Sequence record: MH460460.1 | Length of the DNA: 64,000 bases | Strand: one strand, 5' to 3' | Shown: positions 28,043 to 37,016 of the stretch, piece after piece | How positions within the stretch are numbered: position 1 is the stretch's first letter | How the letters are laid out: every line of letters begins with the position of its first letter | Notes under the pieces: generated by a model | Database searches by the model: none | The model's input: only the letters and a program-made list of their open reading frames with translations | What the model was told of the DNA's origin: nothing | Made by a program: the position numbers and the translations under genes

Positions 28043-30019
28043 ATGTTAGACTTCAATTTGCAGCTTCCGAAAACTGGTGCGCAGCGTCAAAACGCAATCA
28101 AACAAATTGCGACGCTGTTCGGTTCCCTGATTTCTTCGGAAACAAGTCTGGTAGAAGATCAGACTCCGGAACAAACCGTTCACGCTTTCATGAAAAAGCA
28201 ATTGCGTGCGCCGGAATACCCGATGTTCTTAGCCGTCATTTTTGATGATGGTGAAATTCCGGAAGAGTTTGCAGAATACAATATCGTAACGCTGCAAAAT
28301 GTTTTGGATGATGCCACTTCCGGACGGATGCTTGAGTTGAATGATCTGTTCGCGTTGGAGAGCGATGAGTCGATGATTAAACTGGCTCGCGCAATCGGCA
28401 TTAAAAATCAGATGAGCGGCGTTACTTTCCGTATGGATATCCTGAAAAGGATTTACGAAAACCTGCAAACCTTCGAAAGATTGTATCCGACTACGGAAGC
28501 GTTATCCGAATTTTTCGGTGCGCGTTATGCGTTTGACCGTCAGGCCGAATCTATTCGCTGGCAGCAACTCACTACACGTTTGGACGCCTCGCGTATTATT
28601 GCAGAGAACCGTTCAATGTACGCGAAACTGAGTGGCATGTTCGGACGCTGGTATAACGAAGCGGTGCAATATTTCGCTACTTCTATTTTGGAAGTGGAAT
28701 CATCAACAAGACCTCATATGCTTTCTTCGCGTGTAGCGCAAATCGGGCCACAAAATATTCTGCGTAAACTTTTCGATCTCGGTCTGCTGTCTCGCGAAAA
28801 ATTCGAAGAGTTTATTAAATTCGAAAACATCGAATTCGATGCCGTGTTGAAAGCAATCGTGCAAGGTTGGTTCGATGCGTTCGACGGCAAAGAACAGGAT
28901 ATCGTTTCCGTTGATAGTATGAGCAATGATGCTCGCACTATCATGGAACAGTTTGTCTCTGAATATCGTTGCGACGATGAAGAAGACGACGAAGACGACG
29001 AAGATGATTACGATGAAGAGGAAGAAGAGGAGGACGACGAAGACGAAGAAGACGACGAAGATGACGCGCCTCCCGTCAAAAAAGTCGCTCGCCGTAAAGT
29101 TCTGAACGAAGAAGACGACGACGAAGACGACGAAGACGACGAAGAGGACGAAGAGGACGAAGAGGATGATGAAGAAGAATCCGGCGCGGCTACGCAAAAA
29201 GAATTACTCGGACTTCTGAGCGAAGATATCGACGTTAACGAGCATAGCCTTTCCTACTGGCTCAATGCGAAGACCGAAGATGTTCGCCGTGCGCTGATCG
29301 ATTCCGGAACTGCTGCGTCTCATATCGTAAAAAGTATGCGCCATTATCAACTGCTGGAAGTTATGTCAGAAGAAGCGGATTTGTGCATGGATGAAGTTTT
29401 CTCGTATTCCGATATAGCGAGCGCTGCATACAAAAACTGGATGGAGAACTGGCGTAGTCGTTTCGAAACTTCCGGCTATAAACTGAAAGTTCTTTCTGCC
29501 GTTGTTCGCGAACTGGTTTCCGGAATGGAACTTGCCGACTACACAACGGAAGAAATGGAGAATCAGATCGAGTCTTACATTGAGTGCATCGAATCTGTTA
29601 GCGGTCTGTATACGTTTGCCGATAAGTTTATCGCTGCGGTAGACAAATACAAAATGCAATCGGGGTTCAATATCGATCCGGTTTCCAACGTACCTTATCC
29701 GGCTCCTGCGTCAGAGCAACACCGCAAACTGATGGTAGATGCGGTCGCCTCCAAAGTTGTCGATCCGTATCGCGCACGTAACATGAGCGAATCTGAACTC
29801 CGCGCTGCAATGGCAGAAGCGGAAGCGATGAAAGAAGAAACTCCGGTTGCGAAAGTAACTAACGAAAACTTTCGTGAAGTGATTCCTACTCTTTCGCGTC
29901 AGAGTCTGATCGCAGAACTGGCGGCGCGTGGCTATAGCGATAACAGCCTGCGTAAACTCGGTGCTCCGCGCCTCGCAGAAATGTTCTTGAATGCTATGGA
30001 ACGTCTCGTTAATAAATAA
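28043..30019 (+). CDS. Large acidic protein with two D/E tracts and HeH-like modules
   Basis: 658 aa; tracts such as DDEEDDEDDEDDYDEEEEEEDDED; C-terminal LSRQSLIAELAARGY...LGAPRLAEMF. Confidence 0.9.
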   Translation: MLDFNLQLPKTGAQRQNAIKQIATLFGSLISSETSLVEDQTPEQTVHAFMKKQLRAPEYPMFLAVIFDDGEIPEEFAEYNIVTLQNVLDDATSGRMLELNDLFALESDESMIKLARAIGIKNQMSGVTFRMDILKRIYENLQTFERLYPTTEALSEFFGARYAFDRQAESIRWQQLTTRLDASRIIAENRSMYAKLSGMFGRWYNEAVQYFATSILEVESSTRPHMLSSRVAQIGPQNILRKLFDLGLLSREKFEEFIKFENIEFDAVLKAIVQGWFDAFDGKEQDIVSVDSMSNDARTIMEQFVSEYRCDDEEDDEDDEDDYDEEEEEEDDEDEEDDEDDAPPVKKVARRKVLNEEDDDEDDEDDEEDEEDEEDDEEESGAATQKELLGLLSEDIDVNEHSLSYWLNAKTEDVRRALIDSGTAASHIVKSMRHYQLLEVMSEEADLCMDEVFSYSDIASAAYKNWMENWRSRFETSGYKLKVLSAVVRELVSGMELADYTTEEMENQIESYIECIESVSGLYTFADKFIAAVDKYKMQSGFNIDPVSNVPYPAPASEQHRKLMVDAVASKVVDPYRARNMSESELRAAMAEAEAMKEETPVAKVTNENFREVIPTLSRQSLIAELAARGYSDNSLRKLGAPRLAEMFLNAMERLVNK

Positions 30020-30028
30020 ATCAAGAGT

Positions 30029-30057
30029 TGGCCTGATCATTCAGGCCACTTTTATTT
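30029..30057 (+). terminator. Intrinsic terminator
   Basis: TGGCCTGA-TCAT-TCAGGCCA followed by Ts. Confidence 0.75.
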
Positions 30058-30071
30058 AAAAGGCAAATTTT

Positions 30072-30731
30072 ATGGAAGCGCAAATTTTAGAACTGGCGTC
30101 ATTCACTGATAGCGAGATTGACGCACTGCATAATGTTCTTAGCGATCAAGAAGCGAAGACTCGCGAAGAGAAGATTAAGTTTCTTCTCTCCTATCAAAAA
30201 TCCTCCCCGACGATTAAATCGTTTCGTCCGTTCCTTGAGAATGGAATCAAACCTGCGAAACCAAAACCTGAAAAGGATTTGCCTGATCCGAAAATAATTC
30301 GAATGTACACGCGCCATAATAATCCAACGCCTTTGATTTTATATCTGGCGAGTTATGGATTGAGCGCAGATTTTATTGCAAGTGCAATCGTCGAACATTT
30401 CGAAGAAGGGCGTTTTGATTTTCCTTCGCAGATTCAAGTTGAGCAAATCATCGCCGCCGGAAAATACGAATTGGAACCTGTTGCATATCATATGCAGTAT
30501 ATTCGAATCTGCGAAGTTGCACGCCGATTCAGATTCAGCGGATACAATCTTTTCTATTCTCCGCTCTATTTCGATGGGTATCATGAATCACAAGGCGGTT
30601 GGGGAATGACGCTTTCAGAGAAGGATTCCCAAAAGTTCGGCTATGCCCTGTTAAGCGGCGATACGGTGCATTGCATTATTGACACCATAACGCATACTGC
30701 CAGATTCGACACTAATAAACTCCGCAAATAA
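30072..30731 (+). CDS. Hypothetical protein
   Basis: 219 aa; N-terminal HeH-like segment TDSEIDAL...TREEKIKFLL. Confidence 0.8.
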   Translation: MEAQILELASFTDSEIDALHNVLSDQEAKTREEKIKFLLSYQKSSPTIKSFRPFLENGIKPAKPKPEKDLPDPKIIRMYTRHNNPTPLILYLASYGLSADFIASAIVEHFEEGRFDFPSQIQVEQIIAAGKYELEPVAYHMQYIRICEVARRFRFSGYNLFYSPLYFDGYHESQGGWGMTLSEKDSQKFGYALLSGDTVHCIIDTITHTARFDTNKLRK

Positions 30732-30776
30732 GTGTCCAAAATTTCGGTAGAAATCTGGCTTAAATTTGGCTAAACT
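30720..30776 (+). promoter_or_regulatory. Bipartite-box promoter, copy 4 (overlaps the upstream stop)
   Basis: CTCCGCAAA-TAAG-TGTCCAAAA-N29-TAAACT. Confidence 0.8.
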
Positions 30777-30866
30777 TTTGAGACGGGCAGGCAATACCGC
30801 TTGTCCGTTGGGAAGCGGCATAGGCGTCTTTCCAAAGTAGGTGGTAACTTTAGAAAGGAGTCTTAC

Positions 30867-31046
30867 ATGACAATCGCGAATCGGGTAGATCCCATTCAGG
30901 CTGTTCGCTATTACGAATCAAATCAGGAAACCGAATCGGCGAAACGTCGCGCCGAATTAAATCATAGTCACGCAAGTTCAGTCTCATGCAAAGTTTCTTT
31001 TTCCGATCTTTATCACAACGCAATTGCTAAATGTAAAGGGGAATAA
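30867..31046 (+). CDS. Small hypothetical protein
   Basis: AAGGAG RBS before ATG 30867. Confidence 0.75.
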   Translation: MTIANRVDPIQAVRYYESNQETESAKRRAELNHSHASSVSCKVSFSDLYHNAIAKCKGE

Positions 31047-31049
31047 GTC

Positions 31050-31298
31050 ATGCCACATTTTTCCGTTGTTAACGCTCACGTAGAATATGTTGGCGTGGGC
31101 TATTCTGGCCCGTTCATGCGTCAGATTGGACGGCCTCACGAAATTGCATCATACCCAACTTGTGAAGAAGCAATTCGAGTCGCGTGTGAATTGAAAACCG
31201 CAAGCGGCGATCAAACGGATTGGAAAGTAGTAAATGAATTTTCAGAACGTGTCATGTACGACACAACCAAACAACCTACGGAAAACTTAACGGAGTAG
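31050..31298 (+). CDS. Hypothetical protein
   Basis: 82-aa ORF with RBS. Confidence 0.75.
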   Translation: MPHFSVVNAHVEYVGVGYSGPFMRQIGRPHEIASYPTCEEAIRVACELKTASGDQTDWKVVNEFSERVMYDTTKQPTENLTE

Positions 31299-31301
31299 TA
31301 A

Positions 31302-31760
31302 ATGAAAATTTCTAGCATTGTGTTATCTGCAATTCTGTTTGCAACGGTACAGCAATCTTATGCTAGTGAGTCTGTTCCCAAAATCTTTACTCAGGATCTG
31401 GCATTGACGAAATCTGTTGATGCTCGCTGTCAGAAAACTTATGCAGGTTTTGAGTTTCTGCAAGGCGCTGATTTAGATTTTGGCGTTAGTTCTTCTCGGT
31501 ATGAAACTCGCCCTATGTGGCCTCTGATTTGCTCGTTGTCTGAAAAGGCAGTCTCGACCAAAATCACTAAAGAGTCATATGGGGTGCGTGTGGTTTACGT
31601 GTTGGAAAACGGAAGCACGAATGAATATGATTTCGTGAACACGATTGAAAACGCTTTTGAAGTTGCTGCATTCAACGGCAACATGATGGACAACTATAAA
31701 TCGCAGAATGCTTTGCTTGACGTAATGACTGTTCTGTATAAAGAAGTGATGGAGAAATAA
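31302..31760 (+). CDS. Putative exported protein
   Basis: Sec-type signal peptide MKISSIVLSAILFATVQQSYA. Confidence 0.75.
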   Translation: MKISSIVLSAILFATVQQSYASESVPKIFTQDLALTKSVDARCQKTYAGFEFLQGADLDFGVSSSRYETRPMWPLICSLSEKAVSTKITKESYGVRVVYVLENGSTNEYDFVNTIENAFEVAAFNGNMMDNYKSQNALLDVMTVLYKEVMEK

Positions 31761-31762
31761 TT

Positions 31763-32059
31763 GTGGCAAAGATGAACCGTAAGAAAGCACTGGATGCAAT
31801 GGTTAAAGCCCACAACGAAGTACAGTCAAATACTCTCGTTCGTTTTCAAGCCGAAGGCATGGAAAGTTCTGCGTTGTTCCCACATCGGGAAGAAATCATA
31901 AATAAGATTATGCGCGGCGTTGATCCTGCTGTTGCGATTGACGATGCGATTGGCGCTGCAATTCGTTTGCACCGCATTAGCCTCACCTCAAATACAAAGG
32001 TTCCTTCCTTCCGCGATTTGATGGATGCCGAAGACCTCGAACTTTTAAAATCCTTATAA
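31763..32059 (+). CDS. Hypothetical protein
   Basis: GTG start after GGAG; operon context. Confidence 0.7.
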   Translation: MAKMNRKKALDAMVKAHNEVQSNTLVRFQAEGMESSALFPHREEIINKIMRGVDPAVAIDDAIGAAIRLHRISLTSNTKVPSFRDLMDAEDLELLKSL

Positions 32060-32071
32060 GGTAAAACGAAA

Positions 32072-32365
32072 ATGAGTTATCAAGCAACTGATACTGCACC
32101 TCGTAAACTGGAACTGAATAAATCCTCACTCCAGTCTTTGACGCTCTATGCCCACGGTCTGATTAGTTTGTCCGATCTTATCCATCTGCTCGGTGGGGAA
32201 AAAATAACTATCTCGCATGTGAGTACAACTTTCACTAGCGACTGTATCACGATCTCGAACGGTATTAAGCAGACTGATCTTTTCTTCCATTTGGCGAGAC
32301 TGTCCGGCGAAGAAGATGAGCGCGGCTTCCCAATCAACGACGAAACTTGTGTCGTCAATCTGTAA
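32072..32365 (+). CDS. Hypothetical protein
   Basis: AAGGT RBS. Confidence 0.7.
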   Translation: MSYQATDTAPRKLELNKSSLQSLTLYAHGLISLSDLIHLLGGEKITISHVSTTFTSDCITISNGIKQTDLFFHLARLSGEEDERGFPINDETCVVNL

Positions 32366-32419
32366 ACAAAATATAGGCGTGGCATAGGCTGCGCCTTTCT
32401 ACGTTATGGGGAATTATTT

Positions 32420-32863
32420 ATGGGCGTTGTTTCTACTGTAGGCTACGACTTCTTTCCGAAACAAAATGAAGAAGCGCTGAACTCTCGCGTTGAGTTTAAA
32501 ATCCAGTTGGCTGATAGCAAAACCGTAACTCTGCGCGGTGTTGTTGTTCGCAGTGATGCAGAAATGCCTTTCCGTGAAATCGTTCGTCTTGATGACGATC
32601 TGTTTGACGATGGCACTACGCACTATTTCGATTCGCGCACCTTCAAAAACTATCCGGGTAATGACAGTTTCATGAAACCTGTTGAATCTGCCTTCTGTTT
32701 TGAAGGTAAAGAAATGGGCGTGTGCTATCGTTACGACACGAAAAATACTGTACGTGGTAAAGTTATTTTCGACCGTGGCCCTTTAACTCTGATTCAGATT
32801 CTCGAAGGCGCAAACGAAAACAAAATCGTTCATGCTGGCGAATGCCAATACACGCAGATTTAA
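32420..32863 (+). CDS. Hypothetical protein, possibly two tandem small beta-barrel domains
   Basis: Internal similarity: SKTVTLRGVVVR vs TKNTVRGKVIF. Confidence 0.75.
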   Translation: MGVVSTVGYDFFPKQNEEALNSRVEFKIQLADSKTVTLRGVVVRSDAEMPFREIVRLDDDLFDDGTTHYFDSRTFKNYPGNDSFMKPVESAFCFEGKEMGVCYRYDTKNTVRGKVIFDRGPLTLIQILEGANENKIVHAGECQYTQI

Positions 32864-32865
32864 TC

Positions 32866-33156
32866 ATGAGAAAAATCCCGGCTAAATCTAAACGGAAGTC
32901 TGTTGAGAAAAATTCTCTTCAACTTTTGAAGGCAGGCAAAACGTTCTATGTGAGTATTTCTTCTGGCGACAAGAGCGAAGAAATCAAGATGACTAACGAT
33001 TACAAATACGTTAAGACTTGCATGGTTGCTGTTGCCCATATCTCCGGCAATCCAGAAGTGCGCCTGCATTTAGGCCGCAACCTTATGGATGACACGCCGG
33101 ATACATACATCTTCGAAATCGAAATTTCGATCAAACGTAAAAAAGGAAAAAATTAA
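32866..33156 (+). CDS. Small basic hypothetical protein
   Basis: ATG 32866 just after the upstream stop; TAATG overlap with dut. Confidence 0.7.
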   Translation: MRKIPAKSKRKSVEKNSLQLLKAGKTFYVSISSGDKSEEIKMTNDYKYVKTCMVAVAHISGNPEVRLHLGRNLMDDTPDTYIFEIEISIKRKKGKN

Positions 33157-33722
33157 TGGAACAAGTATTCACTCCGGCTCTGGCAGAAATTCATTTCAAC
33201 ATTCTGCCTGATGAAAAGTACAAAGCAAATTTCATCCCGCCGTCATATGGCACTCCGTTTAGCGCGGCACTGGATGTTTTTGCGCAGGAAGATTTTCATA
33301 TCACGCATGAAACTCAACTTGTGCCGTTAGGTTTCCGCGCTGAATTCCCTACTGGTACGGCGTGCATTTTACTTCCGCGTTCTGGTTTCGGTGCGAAGTT
33401 CGGCGTTGCTTTGGCAAACACTCTCGGCCTGATCGATCCTGATTATCGTGGCCCGTGGATGGCGGCGGCATGGTTGAACGGAAGTGGTACGCGCGTTAAA
33501 GAAACGCAATTCCCGATCAATGAAGAATTTGAACAGAACGGGCAGAAGTACGCACGCGACACTGGCGAAACTGGTCGCCGTCTTTTGATTCCTCGCGGCG
33601 AAGCATTTGCTCAATTGCTGTTTGTGAAAACCGAAAGACCGCTTCCTATGATTGTCTCAGAATTGTCTGAAACAGTGCGCGGTGAAGGCGGTTTCGGTAG
33701 TACCAATAAGATCGCCAAATAA
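33156..33722 (+). CDS. dut: Trimeric dUTPase with a ~30-aa insertion
   Basis: SAALDV, ILLPRSGFG, GLIDPDYRG, GEAFAQL, RGEGGFGST. Confidence 0.95.
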   Translation: MEQVFTPALAEIHFNILPDEKYKANFIPPSYGTPFSAALDVFAQEDFHITHETQLVPLGFRAEFPTGTACILLPRSGFGAKFGVALANTLGLIDPDYRGPWMAAAWLNGSGTRVKETQFPINEEFEQNGQKYARDTGETGRRLLIPRGEAFAQLLFVKTERPLPMIVSELSETVRGEGGFGSTNKIAK

Positions 33723-33731
33723 TTTTACTGT

Positions 33732-34013
33732 ATGGGTCGCCACATGAGACGAGACACGCCGCTTAAAAACTTGCGTGCTGTTCTATTGTATCTGGCTCGC
33801 AATGAGTACGAGGCGAACGAGAAATTCTTTCGTCTGCATTGTGAAAAAGCATTGCGTAAAATGCGCAGTGAAAGATTCTTTCTAGGGCGCTTATATCTCT
33901 ACAAGATTGGTCGATGGCAAATCCTTTGGATCGATCCATACAACTACGATTGTCTTGTACGTGATAGGAGGGGTATAGCAAAATATAAAAACCTTTACGG
34001 TCTGTTATTATGA
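33732..34013 (+). CDS. Small basic hypothetical protein
   Basis: 93-aa ORF; weak RBS. Confidence 0.6.
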   Translation: MGRHMRRDTPLKNLRAVLLYLARNEYEANEKFFRLHCEKALRKMRSERFFLGRLYLYKIGRWQILWIDPYNYDCLVRDRRGIAKYKNLYGLLL

Positions 34014-34051
34014 CGGCCTAGCGCAAAACAACTAGGAGAAAATAAATTCCA

Positions 34052-34618
34052 ATGAACCTAAAACTTATTGAGGTGATCAAAAGAGGTTCCCTTGCCAGAA
34101 TGTGCGCGGGACTGATCCTATCTCTAGCAATTCCTTTGACTGTAGATGCTTCCGTTTCATCTTCACAGCACATACAAGGAGAAAAACTTTTAAAGACTTC
34201 CGTTCAGAAAAAATCTGCTACGAAACGTCTGCAAAAGTTGTACGCACATTTACCGCAGCCAGAAGATCTCGGTGACGTGTTTGATAGCGCTGCTAAAAAA
34301 CACGGAATTGATACACGACTTTTGGTTTCGTTATGTGTAACTGAATCCCAACTTCGAAAGTCTGTCGTTAATCGCGGTGCAATTGGTATGTGTCAGGTTG
34401 TTCCTCGCTACCATTCCACAACGCGAAAAGAAATGATGAACTATCGCAAGAATGTGGATAAGGCAGCGGAAATCGTAGCCGACTTGAAAGCTACTTGTCG
34501 AAACAATGTTAGGTGCATCGTGCATTCTTACAACGTGGGCAAAACAGCTTACAAGAAAGGCGCTCGTTCTCCGCAGTATTACGCTAAGGTTATGAAGCAG
34601 TACCATCGAGACGTGTAA
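34052..34618 (+). CDS. Lytic transglycosylase (SLT domain) with N-terminal signal/anchor
   Basis: LCVTESQL (catalytic Glu), GAIGMCQV, SYNVG; hydrophobic N-terminus. Confidence 0.85.
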   Translation: MNLKLIEVIKRGSLARMCAGLILSLAIPLTVDASVSSSQHIQGEKLLKTSVQKKSATKRLQKLYAHLPQPEDLGDVFDSAAKKHGIDTRLLVSLCVTESQLRKSVVNRGAIGMCQVVPRYHSTTRKEMMNYRKNVDKAAEIVADLKATCRNNVRCIVHSYNVGKTAYKKGARSPQYYAKVMKQYHRDV

Positions 34619-34623
34619 CACTA

Positions 34624-34663
34624 AGGGAACCTGTAGGAATAACTTATAGGTTCCCTTTCGTTT
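34624..34663 (+). terminator. Intrinsic terminator
   Basis: AGGGAACCTGTAG...TTATAGGTTCCCT followed by Ts. Confidence 0.7.
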
Positions 34664-34665
34664 AT

Positions 34666-34722
34666 CTCTGCAAATTTGTGTCCAAAATAATGCTTGTTTC
34701 TGCCGCTTCGTTAGTTTAAGAT
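34666..34722 (+). promoter_or_regulatory. Bipartite-box promoter, copy 5
   Basis: CTCTGCAAA-N4-TGTCCAAAA-N29-TAAGAT. Confidence 0.8.
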
Positions 34723-34764
34723 AAGGGCAGGGCGCAGTATACACACATTTGCATAGGTAAACTT

Positions 34765-35058
34765 ATGAACAAGCTAAGGACTCAAGCGCAAGCGCGTAAA
34801 CTCTGGTTAGACTTCATCGCGTTTAAACTCGAACTCGACCGCGTTAAAAGACCTAACGCAGCCATTACAGAAATGTCCGACAAGATTTGCGCAATGTATC
34901 GCGCAATCTCGTCAGAGAAATACAAAACTGCTTTAAAACTCGGTGAGGAAGTTTTAGCAGTTAGTATCCAGTACAAAGCGCGTTATGAAAAAGACGCACT
35001 TCAATTTTTAAAACTTTGCAATCTCGCGGGAGAAGTTGTACGCGGTCTTAAAAAATAA
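34765..35058 (+). CDS. Hypothetical helical protein
   Basis: AGGT RBS, downstream of promoter copy 5. Confidence 0.75.
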   Translation: MNKLRTQAQARKLWLDFIAFKLELDRVKRPNAAITEMSDKICAMYRAISSEKYKTALKLGEEVLAVSIQYKARYEKDALQFLKLCNLAGEVVRGLKK

Positions 35059-35073
35059 ATGAGGAATTAGATT

Positions 35074-35586
35074 ATGAACGTAAATGCTTTACTTGATTTC
35101 CAAAACGAACTGTTAAAGCCTTTCGCTCCGTCTCAGGAATTCGCATTGATAACTCTCATCGTTCCACACACGGACGAAGAAACTGTCGTTGATTACTGTA
35201 CTGAAATTCAGTACCGCTTTCCGCATGTTGCTTCGCTGTACGATGCCTATGCAATTAAGCGCCCCGAAAATGCGATTCCTCTCATTGTTCCTGTCGCCGA
35301 CAAAACAAACGTGCGTGAAGAACTGTTTGAATTGAAAGCTGGCTCTGTTGGCTTGAGCGAAGATTTTTATCTTCTCCTTTCCACGTATGTTTCTCGCGTG
35401 CCGGAACACGTAAGCTCTCCTGATGAACTGCACTTAGGTGCAAGTGATCGAATTGCGAGATTAACGCTGGATGATTTATCCGCTGCTATCATGCACGGTT
35501 TTTATTCTGGCGTACCGCCTATTGTTGGCGAAACGAAACGAAAAAGCGCTGGTTTCTGGCGCACACTTTTTCCATCTGCTGCATAA
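35074..35586 (+). CDS. Hypothetical protein, probable paralog of 36492..37016
   Basis: GAGGA RBS; shared blocks described under findings. Confidence 0.8.
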   Translation: MNVNALLDFQNELLKPFAPSQEFALITLIVPHTDEETVVDYCTEIQYRFPHVASLYDAYAIKRPENAIPLIVPVADKTNVREELFELKAGSVGLSEDFYLLLSTYVSRVPEHVSSPDELHLGASDRIARLTLDDLSAAIMHGFYSGVPPIVGETKRKSAGFWRTLFPSAA

Positions 35587-35592
35587 GGAGAA

Positions 35593-35742
35593 ATGATCAT
35601 GTCAGAGCGGGAAGAGTTTGAAATTTGGTTCGCACGAGAAAAAGCGCCGAAGATTGATCCGTCGCAGATATTTCTTATGCGAGAAATAATGTGGGAAGGC
35701 TGGCAAGGGAAAGCCAGCAATCTCGATCCAGATAAAAAGTGA
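35593..35742 (+). CDS. 49-aa peptide (EREEFEIW...MWEGWQ type)
   Basis: AAGGAG RBS; fills the gap. Confidence 0.7.
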   Translation: MIMSEREEFEIWFAREKAPKIDPSQIFLMREIMWEGWQGKASNLDPDKK

Positions 35743-35784
35743 TCGATGGTGAGCAAAATTCTGTCTCGCCGTTAGGAGAATAAA

Positions 35785-36492
35785 ATGGAACTGCTAACCG
35801 GTATTGAGTTTGAAGCTCGTTTAAAAAGTTTAACTGATCAGTACAATCTCGTTGAGTATCACGAATGGATTCAGAAAAACAATTCTGTTCGTGGCACTGC
35901 ATTCTATCATTCGAACCTGCACATGGATGGCGTTGCGATGTTGTGTATGGATCTTCTTCCCGAAGAAGCGCATGATGATCGCGATGCAGTTTTTTGTTTG
36001 CTCGCCGCTGCTTTGATTCACGATATGGATCATACGCTCGGTGAATATAGCGATAACGTTAATATCCAAAATGCAATTGCGGCACTCAGAGATTGGACGT
36101 GGGCTTCTCCTGCCGATTCCGATTTCAAACGTCTGTTACCTGAAATCGAAAAGCTGATTCATATTACGGAATTTCCGTATACGCCGGATCGTGAACCTCA
36201 AACGGTTTATGAAAAAGTTCTGCGTGACTCCGATATCTTGTGGGGAATTTTGCCCGGTCGCGCCGTAACGATTGTGGAAGGGTTACGAACTGAATTGCTG
36301 CATTCGTTCCCGCAATATACAAGCGACGGCTTTCGCTTAGTCAACTTCATTTATGATCGAATCGACTTCCTTCGTTCGCTGAATTGGGCGACGGAAAAAG
36401 GAAAGAAACTTTTTGATCGTTTTATCATTCAACATAAACTGGAAATGTTGGATTACATTAACTCAGTTAAATCATACGAGGACAGAAAATAA
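35785..36492 (+). CDS. HD-domain phosphohydrolase
   Basis: FYHSNLH...AALIHDMDH...VLRDSDI, the H...HD...D metal-binding pattern. Confidence 0.85.
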   Translation: MELLTGIEFEARLKSLTDQYNLVEYHEWIQKNNSVRGTAFYHSNLHMDGVAMLCMDLLPEEAHDDRDAVFCLLAAALIHDMDHTLGEYSDNVNIQNAIAALRDWTWASPADSDFKRLLPEIEKLIHITEFPYTPDREPQTVYEKVLRDSDILWGILPGRAVTIVEGLRTELLHSFPQYTSDGFRLVNFIYDRIDFLRSLNWATEKGKKLFDRFIIQHKLEMLDYINSVKSYEDRK

Positions 36493-37016
36493 TGTTCCCC
36501 ATCACCAATGTAGTTGAGATTGTAGATCTTGCCGCAATTCAAAACAAACTTTGCGATGTAGCAATTCAGCGCGGAATGTTACCGCACCGAAAATCAAAAT
36601 ACAGCGTGTTCTTTATCCCGGTTCATCGTTCCTCAAATGAGAACGAAGTATTGGATGTGTACACTCAGGCGCTGGATCGCTTCTCGCTCAAACTGGTTAC
36701 TTCAATTGCGAAATACAAGAAGCATTTTCTCCCGCTCGTTGTGCCGATTGCATATTCAGAAGATCCGTTCTTCATCCATTTGGACGGAGACGTGGTGAAG
36801 ATTGAAATGCAACCATACTACAGCGAGTTAATTGGTGGTGCGGCTAACAGTAACCTCGTCTCTAAATCCCTTGTTGGTGCAATCGTGGCTAGTCATCACC
36901 GATATGATATTCCTGTCGATGAGTTTGATGGTTACTTGGAAGGAAATTTCCTACACACGATTCGCGCCAGCTTGAACCGAATAAGTTGGCCTAGAGCGGC
37001 TAAGGAGTCCAAATGA
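36492..37016 (+). CDS. Hypothetical protein, probable paralog of 35074..35586
   Basis: TAATG overlap. Confidence 0.8.
   Translation: MFPITNVVEIVDLAAIQNKLCDVAIQRGMLPHRKSKYSVFFIPVHRSSNENEVLDVYTQALDRFSLKLVTSIAKYKKHFLPLVVPIAYSEDPFFIHLDGDVVKIEMQPYYSELIGGAANSNLVSKSLVGAIVASHHRYDIPVDEFDGYLEGNFLHTIRASLNRISWPRAAKESK

Noticed and set aside
32420-32863. Internal domain duplication as a separate finding
   Set aside because: The similarity is short and weak; noted only in the feature list
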